This document shows, one piece after another, positions 17,207-24,353 of a stretch of 32,000 nt of DNA. The translations under genes were made by a program, and so were the position numbers. The stretch's first letter is position 1, and each line of letters begins with the position of its first letter. The DNA is from Candidatus Brocadia sp. (lineage in GTDB: Bacteria; Planctomycetota; Brocadiia; Brocadiales; Brocadiaceae): NCBI GenBank assembly GCA_021650915.1, contig CP091279.1, positions 870,001-902,000 on the forward strand. Reading direction: 5' to 3'. The notes under the pieces were generated by a model. The model worked only from the letters and a program-made list of their open reading frames with translations. It ran no database searches and was not told the DNA's origin.

Positions 17207-17243
17207 GGGATTAAGGCGATTGTCTTATATCGTCGTATCCACC
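17207..17243 (+). repeat. Long A hairpin module, degenerate solo copy
   Basis: gggattaaggcgattgtcttatatcgtcgtatccacc compares with ggtggattaaggcgattgccttgtatcgccgtatccacc at 29403-29441. Confidence 0.75.
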
Positions 17244-17280
17244 GTCATTTTCTGTGGCAACCCGATTTAAAATTCCATTG

Positions 17281-17766
17281 CTATAATTTATACCCGATTT
17301 TCCGGAGAAGTTGCCTCCGTTCCCGGATGTCATTTTCACCCTCCACTCCCTTCGGACGATAACCATCAATGACACCCAGTACTCCCCTGCCCTGGCCGGT
17401 TTCCGCCACGATGACCTGCACCGGATTGGCAGTTGCGCAAAAGATGGCGCATACCTCCGGGCAGGACTTGACTGCATTCAGGACATTCAGCGGAAACGCC
17501 TCTTTGATCAGGATGATGAAGGTATGACCTGCTGCAACCGTGAGGGCATTCCGAATCGCCATCTCCTTCAGTGCGGCGTTATTGCCTTCTGCCCTGACAA
17601 GGCACGGACCGGATGCCTCACAGAAGGCAATCCCAAACTGAATGTCCGGTGCGGCATTCACCATGGCCTCGTACAGGTCTTCCGCCGTTTTGATAAAATG
17701 GGTTTGTCCAAGAATAACATTGGCGCCATCAGGAATCTCCAGGGCAACCGGTTTTATTTCCAGCAT
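17281..17766 (-). CDS. PF04008-like protein (annotated in databases as the adenosine-specific kinase family)
   Basis: 161 aa: MLEIKPVALEIPDGANVILGQTHFIKTAEDLYEAMV...FGIAFCEASGPCLVR...GHTFIILIKEAFPLNVLNAVK...CATANPVQVIV...GRGVLGVIDG. The family was recognised from memory. The start lies 3 nt after the upstream M16 stop. Confidence 0.65.
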   Translation of the reverse strand: MLEIKPVALEIPDGANVILGQTHFIKTAEDLYEAMVNAAPDIQFGIAFCEASGPCLVRAEGNNAALKEMAIRNALTVAAGHTFIILIKEAFPLNVLNAVKSCPEVCAIFCATANPVQVIVAETGQGRGVLGVIDGYRPKGVEGENDIRERRQLLRKIGYKL

Positions 17767-17769
17767 AGA

Positions 17770-19260
17770 TCATTTCAACTCAATAACGCTGACCTTTCCA
17801 AAACTATCAAGGGGTTTGTCAAACTTTTCCCTGTCGCCCACGACGAGAATCTTTATCTGATCAGGATGCAGGTATTTTCGGGCAACCTTTTGAATATCAT
17901 CCTGAGTAACGGCCTGCACATTCTCCTGATACGTTTCAAGATAGTTCATCGGCAGCCCTTCATATTCGATGTCAACCTTCTGTGCGACAATGCTGGCGCT
18001 TGTTGTAAAACGGAAAACAAACTGGTTCATAAAGGTTTCTTTCGCCTGGGATAATTCCTCCTTATCAACGGGAGTTTTGCGGATTTTGTCCAATTCCTCC
18101 AGCGCAATGGAGATGGCGCGGTTCGTTGACTCCGATTTGGTCTGACACGCAACAAAGAACATACCCAGATCACGCGCCGTCTGAAATGCGCTGTGAGCAG
18201 AGTAGGCAAGGCCTTCATCTGAACGAATCCTGCCCGGTATGCGGGCGGTAAAACTTCCGCCACCCAGAATAAAGTTCATGAGCATAACGGGAAAATAATC
18301 AGGGCTCCTGCGCTGAATGCCCAGGTGACCCATAATGACATTTGCCTGATTAATGTCTTTATATACATAAGACACTGACTTTTCAAATCTGCTTTCGACC
18401 CTGGGGACTTCCGGGAAACGAACATCCTCCTTTTTCCATCCTGAAAAGACGGCATTCAGTTTCCTGATCATCTCATCCTTGTTGAAATCTCCCGATATGC
18501 CCAGAATACTATTCTGGGGACGGAAATAGTCCTTATGAAACGAGACCAAATCGTCGCGGGTAATTTTTGCTATAGTCTCAGGGGTTCCCTCCACTTTTCG
18601 GCTGTAAGGATGCCGGCTTTCATACACAATCCTCCGGAACTCACGGTGTGCGATTTGTGACGGATTATCGTTTTCTCGCCGGATCGCTTCAAGGACTTCG
18701 TCCTTTCTCATCTTAATCTTGTCTTCAGGAAATGCGGGATTCATGATTACGTCGGCAAATATCTTCAGGCCTTTATCAATATCTTTTCTGAGCACGGACA
18801 GACTTGCACTTCCTGACTCACGATCAATGGATGTCTCCACCGATGCGGCAATAAATTCGAGTTCCTTGTTCATTGCATCGGCCGGCATCGCTGTCGTGCC
18901 ACCGCTTCTCATCACATATCCGGTTAAACTTGCTAATCCGGCTTTTTCCGGCGGTTCATAAACGGCTCCGGTTCTGATACGCATGCTGATATTAAATAAT
19001 GGCAGATCGTGATCTTCCAGAAGATACACAATCATCCCGTTCTCCAGCGTCGCCCTGTCCACTTTTGGAGGAACAAAATTGAGTGGTTTAAAGGTAAAAC
19101 CCGATACCATCCGCGCGCCTTCTGACTCCGGTTTTCCGGCAGGAGGAGTCATCGCATGCTCATGTCCCTTAGGCTGCGCACAAAGACTCATGGAATATAC
19201 CAGGAACAACATACCGACGATACATGCAACCGGAAATGCACAATACTTTTTTTTGTTCAC
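17770..19260 (-). CDS. M16-family peptidase-like protein, non-catalytic subunit (no HxxEH)
   Basis: 496 aa with a signal peptide. At the position of the zinc motif it reads SLTGY (LASLTGYVMRSGGT), compared with HLFEH in the partner. Confidence 0.8.
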   Translation of the reverse strand: MNKKKYCAFPVACIVGMLFLVYSMSLCAQPKGHEHAMTPPAGKPESEGARMVSGFTFKPLNFVPPKVDRATLENGMIVYLLEDHDLPLFNISMRIRTGAVYEPPEKAGLASLTGYVMRSGGTTAMPADAMNKELEFIAASVETSIDRESGSASLSVLRKDIDKGLKIFADVIMNPAFPEDKIKMRKDEVLEAIRRENDNPSQIAHREFRRIVYESRHPYSRKVEGTPETIAKITRDDLVSFHKDYFRPQNSILGISGDFNKDEMIRKLNAVFSGWKKEDVRFPEVPRVESRFEKSVSYVYKDINQANVIMGHLGIQRRSPDYFPVMLMNFILGGGSFTARIPGRIRSDEGLAYSAHSAFQTARDLGMFFVACQTKSESTNRAISIALEELDKIRKTPVDKEELSQAKETFMNQFVFRFTTSASIVAQKVDIEYEGLPMNYLETYQENVQAVTQDDIQKVARKYLHPDQIKILVVGDREKFDKPLDSFGKVSVIELK

Positions 19261-19324
19261 GTTTCTTTCTCCCTTATTTCTTCTCTTTCACTCGGCAATG
19301 ATGGTCATTCAGAGGCACACCGTT

Positions 19325-20872
19325 TTAATAAGCAGTCTTTGGCTTTTCTGCGGGCGGAGTTCCTTTTGTTTCTTTCGGTTTGGCGTTATTTTCTTTTTTT
19401 ACCAGCATCGCTACCGTTCGGTTATTCTTTGTCAGATATTTATTCGCAACCCGCATCACGTCCCCTGCCGTTACCTGTGACAGTTTATCCATAAAGGTAT
19501 TTATGTAACGCCAGTCAGAAAGGACTTCAAACTCACCGATTTCATTGGCAAGCCCGGATGCTGAATTCAGGTCGCGGATAAAATCAGCCTCTAGCTGGTT
19601 TTTAATTTTTTGCACCTCCCAGTCCGTGGGCGGTGTCTTTTTCAGGTTTTCAATTTCTTCATAAAAGGCAGACTCGATCTCCGCCAGCGTGTGAGGAGCC
19701 CGTGGTACGGCGATAAACGTAAAGATATCGGGATACTTGCCAATACCATTGTATGCGTGAGCCATAACGGCAATGCGTTTCTCTTCAATCATGGATTTAT
19801 ACAGACGTGCAGTCCGGCCATCTGAGAGGAGAGAACTCAGGATATCCAGGGCATACAGGTCAGGATGGCCAATGGCAGGGATATGATAGGAAATTGCAAT
19901 ATACGGGTTTGACTCAAATTCAATCTCGACCCGCCGCTCCCCCTTCTGTTCCGGCTCTACCGTTTTTACCTTTGGGGGCGCGGGTTGGCCCGGAATATCA
20001 CCAAAATATTTTTCCACTAATCTGATTGCTTCATCAGGAAGAAAATCACCGACCATAACGATCACCGCGTTATTGGGCGCGTAGTATCGTTTAAAATATT
20101 CTTCCGTGTCTGCCTTGGTAAGATTCTGTATGTCAGATCGCCATCCGATGGTAGGCCACCGGTAGGGATGTGCAATGAAGGCCACGGCATTCAGTTGTTC
20201 AATCAGCAGGCCCATCGGGCTATTCTCGGTTCTGAGCCTTCTTTCTTCCATAACGACGTCACGTTCAGAGTAATATTCCCTGAGCACGAGATTTTTCATG
20301 CGATCTGATTCAATAAATGCCCATAATTCCAGCTTATTCGCAGGAAGGTCGCAGAAGTAATACGTGCCGTCGGTACTCGTTGCCGCATTCAGGCCGGAAG
20401 CCCCGTGCCGCAAATAGAGTGAAAAGACCTCGTCCTTTACCACCAGTTCCCGGAGTTTTTTTCTTACCTCTTCCAGATCCTTTTCAAGCGATTCGATTTT
20501 TTTCTTGTCAGTTGCTTCCTCCCTGCCTTTTTCATCAAGCAGTTTTATGACCAAATCGTCTTCTTTATCAAGCAACGGCTTCTCTGCGGCATAATTCTTG
20601 GTTCCAAAGATCCTGGTGCCTTTAAACATCATATGTTCAAAGAGGTGCGAAACGCCGGTGATCCCCGGCCGCTCATCAACCGAACCGACCTTATAATTAA
20701 TGCGGACGCATACAATTGGCACGTCATGCTTTTCCAGCATCAGCAATTTTAAACCATTCTTCAGCTCGTGCTCCTTCACGTCAAGCTTCAGGGGATTTGC
20801 AGATGATCCACCGGCGAATAGCGCCACACCCGCGATGATCGAAAAGATTGAGGACAAGGTCGTTTTCTTCAT
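19325..20872 (-). CDS. M16-family zinc peptidase (insulinase/pitrilysin type), catalytic subunit
   Basis: The start is ATG 20872, 10 nt after an AAGGAG Shine-Dalgarno (the ORF track begins at 20926). It has a signal peptide and the inverted zinc motif GVSHLFEHMMFKGT. Confidence 0.85.
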   Translation of the reverse strand: MKKTTLSSIFSIIAGVALFAGGSSANPLKLDVKEHELKNGLKLLMLEKHDVPIVCVRINYKVGSVDERPGITGVSHLFEHMMFKGTRIFGTKNYAAEKPLLDKEDDLVIKLLDEKGREEATDKKKIESLEKDLEEVRKKLRELVVKDEVFSLYLRHGASGLNAATSTDGTYYFCDLPANKLELWAFIESDRMKNLVLREYYSERDVVMEERRLRTENSPMGLLIEQLNAVAFIAHPYRWPTIGWRSDIQNLTKADTEEYFKRYYAPNNAVIVMVGDFLPDEAIRLVEKYFGDIPGQPAPPKVKTVEPEQKGERRVEIEFESNPYIAISYHIPAIGHPDLYALDILSSLLSDGRTARLYKSMIEEKRIAVMAHAYNGIGKYPDIFTFIAVPRAPHTLAEIESAFYEEIENLKKTPPTDWEVQKIKNQLEADFIRDLNSASGLANEIGEFEVLSDWRYINTFMDKLSQVTAGDVMRVANKYLTKNNRTVAMLVKKENNAKPKETKGTPPAEKPKTAY

Positions 20873-20929
20873 TTTCTCAATACTCCTTACTATTTCACTC
20901 GAAAACCTTACGCATATTTCTTGCATCAG

Positions 20930-20959
20930 ATTTTAAGATGAAAGCCAATATATTTGCAA
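20930..20959 (-). promoter_or_regulatory. Candidate promoter for the M16 operon
   Basis: The reverse strand reads TTGCAA-N18-TAAAAT, about 55 nt upstream of ATG 20872. Confidence 0.4.
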
Positions 20960-21049
20960 TCTAATTTTTTTATTTCCTGCCCCCGCCGGATGGCCGTTAG
21001 TTCACGACTGCTTTCGGTGCAACGCTGTCTTTATTCAGTTTTTGTAACA

Positions 21050-21134
21050 ATTTAGTTTTTTGAAAAATCCCAATAAAGACGATGTTTACCATACCGTGTA
21101 GGGACAGGTTTGAAACCTGCCTCTACAAGACAAT
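21050..21134 (+). repeat. Element D copy 2 (core)
   Basis: atttagttttttgaaaaatcccaataaagacgatgtttaccataccgtgtagggacaggtttgaaacctgcctctacaagacaat matches 17012-17096 at 74/85 positions, in the same orientation. The right-hand TIR is missing or disrupted. Confidence 0.85.
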
Positions 21135-21351
21135 TTTTTTTATTTGCCGGAACGAGTTACGAGTGGTCAGCTATTCGTAAGAATATACATCTTCCTGCTG
21201 CCGTTTGTCTTCCCGGTGCCAGAAACGGTTCCTGAAATGAAATGACTCTTGAATGTATGATATATTCATGTTAACATGTTAAAGCATTGTTTGGTTCCGA
21301 TACCTTATGGTATAAATAGGGCTATTAAGAATATACGGAGATATGGTCATT

Positions 21352-22290
21352 ATGAGAAAGAGAACTCGTTTGATTTTTTCGGCGCTGACATCTGTTTTTT
21401 TACTATGGGCAGGATATACCGTCAATGCAGGGTCGCTGAAACACGATCCGAATGCAGAAAAACAGTTGGAGATAATCAGGAAAAAGTTAGGCAGTTTAAC
21501 GGAAATGAAAATCAAGGATGCGAAGAAGTATTATGAAGAGTCAATGAAGGATCTCAGAACCCTGATCGATACCTATGATAAAACGGAAGAGGCGCTGGAG
21601 GCGCAATTTTACCTTGGCGCCGTTTATCATGAAATGAATAATTATAAGGATGCCGTGACTTGTTTTGATGCGGTATTGAAGCAGGGAACGATTGATAAAA
21701 ATTTTAAGGCGCGCACCTTATACTTTAAGGCAAAGGCGCTCATTGGGCAGGGGAATATCACAGCGGCAAAAGAGACGATCTCCGAGTTACGGCTGATTGA
21801 GCCCAGGGCTGCCGATTCCTTTGGCCATGAACTGGGCGGCATGGTACGGCTTGGGATGGATGCCCCCCTTTTTAATGTCATGGACTTTCAGGGAAATACG
21901 GTTGACCTGTCGAAATACAAGGGGGGGATTGTTATCCTTCATTTTTGGGCAACCTGGGCTGATACCTGTATACAGGAATTTCCAAAATTCAAAAAAATGT
22001 ATGGCGCCTTTAAGAATAAGAGTGTCCAGTTCATTGGGATAAGCCTCGACGATGACATTGAGGATTTAAAGGGTTTTGCAAAGCAGGAATCGATAGACTG
22101 GCCGCAGATATTTGACGGAAAGCGATGGAAGGGAATGATTCCGTCCCTCTATAATATTCATATGTTACCCACGATCGTTGTGTTGGACCAGGAACAGAAG
22201 GTGCGGTATATCGGCATGGAGACAGAAAACGTGAGTCAGATCGTAACCAACCTGCTTTCCCAGTCAAAGGACTTGCCGTTGTTTCGGTGA
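21352..22290 (+). CDS. TPR-like domain fused to a TlpA/ResA-type thioredoxin-fold domain with an AxxC (not CxxC) site
   Basis: The start is ATG 21352, 10 nt after GGAGA. It has a signal peptide and TPR-like helices (AQFYLGAVYHEMNNYKDAVTCFDAVL). The thioredoxin fold reads ILHFWATWADTCIQEFPKF, where the family consensus is FWATWCxPCxxE. Confidence 0.75.
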   Translation: MRKRTRLIFSALTSVFLLWAGYTVNAGSLKHDPNAEKQLEIIRKKLGSLTEMKIKDAKKYYEESMKDLRTLIDTYDKTEEALEAQFYLGAVYHEMNNYKDAVTCFDAVLKQGTIDKNFKARTLYFKAKALIGQGNITAAKETISELRLIEPRAADSFGHELGGMVRLGMDAPLFNVMDFQGNTVDLSKYKGGIVILHFWATWADTCIQEFPKFKKMYGAFKNKSVQFIGISLDDDIEDLKGFAKQESIDWPQIFDGKRWKGMIPSLYNIHMLPTIVVLDQEQKVRYIGMETENVSQIVTNLLSQSKDLPLFR

Positions 22291-22314
22291 TGATGGATAC
22301 ACCGGGCACTGCCT

Positions 22315-22473
22315 TTACGGAAATCCTCTGATGCCCAGATGTTTGCTGAATTGTATTACCAGCAATAAAATACCAAACATAACAATCGCTATGATGAGAA
22401 CTCGCTCTCTTTTTCTTTTTCGGACATTCATCTGTCGTTGTGTTCCGGGTACTGACATCGTTTGAGTACCCAT
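22315..22473 (-). CDS. Possible small single-pass membrane protein
   Basis: ..MNVRKRKRERVLIIAIVMFGILLLVIQFSKHLGIRGFP has a basic patch plus one TM helix. The start is ambiguous (22509 GTG, or 22473, 22458 or 22431 ATG). The only support is the TM-like shape and the shared upstream module H. Confidence 0.3.
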   Translation of the reverse strand: MGTQTMSVPGTQRQMNVRKRKRERVLIIAIVMFGILLLVIQFSKHLGIRGFP

Positions 22474-22543
22474 CCTTGTCTGGTTCGTATCGGCAGAAAA
22501 AAAACGCACATCAAGAGGAACAATGGCTTGAGCCCTTTATCGC

Positions 22544-22580
22544 ATTACTCTATAAAAACTTCCTTTTTCTGTGAGGTTTT
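22544..22580 (+). repeat. Module H copy 1 (promoter-proximal module)
   Basis: attactctataaaaacttcctttttctgtgaggtttt matches 28888-28924 at 33/37 positions. It lies 35 bp upstream (minus sense) of the 22315-22509 ORF. Confidence 0.8.
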
Positions 22581-22635
22581 CTCGGGAACTTCGTGATCTT
22601 TGTGTAAAACTTTGTGTTCTTTGTGGTTGTGCTTT

Positions 22636-22661
22636 TTTGGTTGCTGCTGTGCCGCGCTATG
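22636..22661 (+). repeat. Module F copy 1
   Basis: tttggttgctgctgtgccgcgctatg matches 29079-29104 at 25/26 positions. Confidence 0.85.
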
Positions 22662-22688
22662 ATTTTTTCTGCGCCCCCAAGGACATTT

Positions 22689-23741
22689 TTACAATCCCTT
22701 CCTTTTCACAAAATAGATACCCAAAATGGCAACGATACACAGCCAGATCTGTATGGTAACCACATAGTAAAGGATACCTTTCACCAGCTTTCCTGCATAC
22801 GTCCCCCGCCATTTTTCCGTAATTTTTTTCAGGGGATTTTTAAAGAACGTCACCCCAACTTTCTTGAATGGTTTAAAAAGGTGTTTAAACGCCGGGTTCT
22901 TTTTATCCACCTTGATGTAAGGCGATTGATATCCCGATTCCTCCGATGGTTCGCGTTTCATTTCATCAGGGGGTTTTGGGGGTTCTGTATAGCGTTGTCC
23001 AAGATGCTTTGTCGTCTCCAATACATCCGTCCTTCTTGTTTCTAACACAGAAGGTTTACCGCTCGACAGCGGAGGTGGTTCACCAGGCACAGATGCTTCC
23101 GGTTTTTCAGGAACGGGGCGGTCTTGTTCTGCCGGCTCTTCCTGAACTCTCGATTCTGGAACCCGGGCGCCAGGACCAGTCGCCTCCTGGGGCCGTGTCT
23201 CTGCTGGCTGTGCAGTTTCTTCCTCTGCCTCCGGCGGTTCTGATTCTTCAGGTTCAGGCTTTTCTTCCGGCTCTTCCCTTTTCGGCGGAGTCACCGGCTT
23301 TACTACCTGCGGAGAGCCGCCGACCATACTTTGCATGCGTTCCTCAATTAGCTTTTTGTATTTTTGCAGCTCTTCCTCTGCCTTATCGTTCATGCCCAAT
23401 TTCTTATACGCCAGCCAGAGTCGCTGATAGGCCTCCACGTATTCCGGCTTAATCCGGGTAACTTTGGTAAATTCCTTGACGGCATCGTCAAACATATTTT
23501 GCCTGAAAAAAATGCTTCCCATCCCAAAGTGCGCTTCGGCATGATCCGGATTAATTTCTATCACCTTTTTCAGCATCTCCAGGGATTGATCCAGTTTCCC
23601 CAGCTTGTACAGATTGTATGCATCGAGATAGCATCTGTTTGCCTCATCATCCCGATCAGCGAAAAGAGGTTGAAAAGAGAGTGCGCCGGTGAAAACAGCC
23701 ATTGAAAAGAATATGAGCAGATATTTTTTCATATATCGCAT
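22689..23741 (-). CDS. TPR protein with a Pro/Glu-rich linker and C-terminal TM anchor
   Basis: 350 aa. It has a signal peptide, TPR repeats (AEAHFGMGSIFFRQNMFDDAVKEFTKV...), about 110 aa of low-complexity P/E-rich sequence, and a terminal hydrophobic helix ILYYVVTIQIWLCIVAILGIYF. An AAGAGGA Shine-Dalgarno is present. Confidence 0.75.
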   Translation of the reverse strand: MRYMKKYLLIFFSMAVFTGALSFQPLFADRDDEANRCYLDAYNLYKLGKLDQSLEMLKKVIEINPDHAEAHFGMGSIFFRQNMFDDAVKEFTKVTRIKPEYVEAYQRLWLAYKKLGMNDKAEEELQKYKKLIEERMQSMVGGSPQVVKPVTPPKREEPEEKPEPEESEPPEAEEETAQPAETRPQEATGPGARVPESRVQEEPAEQDRPVPEKPEASVPGEPPPLSSGKPSVLETRRTDVLETTKHLGQRYTEPPKPPDEMKREPSEESGYQSPYIKVDKKNPAFKHLFKPFKKVGVTFFKNPLKKITEKWRGTYAGKLVKGILYYVVTIQIWLCIVAILGIYFVKRKGL

Positions 23742-23774
23742 AGGAATCCTCTTGCCGAAACAATACCAAAAATG

Positions 23775-24179
23775 TTATTCGTTTCCCTTGAGTTTTTCGT
23801 AAGAAGCCAATGCACTGCTGGCTTCGTCCTCCATCCCTTTTTTCTTATAAATCAGATACATTTCCTGATAGATGCTGATGAGATCCGGATTGATCGTTAA
23901 TGCCGTTTTCAGTTCTGCCAGGGCATCATCAAGGAGGTCTTTTTTATTATAAATCATGCCCAGGGCGGCATGCGCCTCCGCATTGAGATGGTCTTTGCTC
24001 AGGGTTTCCTTTAATACCGCAACAGCCTCATCCAGTCTGCCCTGTTGTACGTATTCTCCGACGGTTTGAAAATGGGAAGCAGAACGGTGTAACCGTTTTA
24101 TATAAATAAGAAAACTGACGGAGATCAGGAGTATTACAAAAGCTGCGCCGATCAGCAACACGGTCATTTGTCGTTTCAT
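23775..24179 (-). CDS. Membrane-anchored TPR protein
   Basis: 134 aa with an N-terminal TM helix (VLLIGAAFVILLISVSFLIYI) and TPR repeats (AEAHAALGMIYNKKDLLDDALAELKTAL). Confidence 0.7.
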   Translation of the reverse strand: MKRQMTVLLIGAAFVILLISVSFLIYIKRLHRSASHFQTVGEYVQQGRLDEAVAVLKETLSKDHLNAEAHAALGMIYNKKDLLDDALAELKTALTINPDLISIYQEMYLIYKKKGMEDEASSALASYEKLKGNE

Positions 24180-24196
24180 GGTTTTATCTCAATATC

Positions 24197-24313
24197 TATA
24201 CTCAAGATGCTCATAAAATGTGAATTTTAAATTGATAATAAGGTGGCATGGACAAACTCTGTTTGTCCGTGTTGAACTACTATAAATCATAAATTGTGAG
24301 CCTATGGAGTATA
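24197..24313 (-). repeat. 117-bp MITE-like/sRNA-like element C, copy 2 (inverted)
   Basis: Its reverse complement equals 15648-15764 except for 3 substitutions. It fills most of the aspS-to-TPR intergenic gap. Confidence 0.9.
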
Positions 24314-24353
24314 ACACGATAGAATAATGAAAAAACTCTCTTCCCCGCATACC

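Noticed and set aside
17311-18054. 247-aa plus-strand ORF
   Set aside because: It is antisense to the well-supported PF04008-like and M16 genes. The sequence is low-complexity and Arg/Leu-rich with no recognisable motif. It is a typical shadow ORF.
22571-23045. ORFs 22571-22759 and 22614-23045 on the plus strand
   Set aside because: The first is encoded by the H/F repeat region (..CVKLCVLCGCAFLVAAVPRYD..). The second is antisense to the TPR protein gene.
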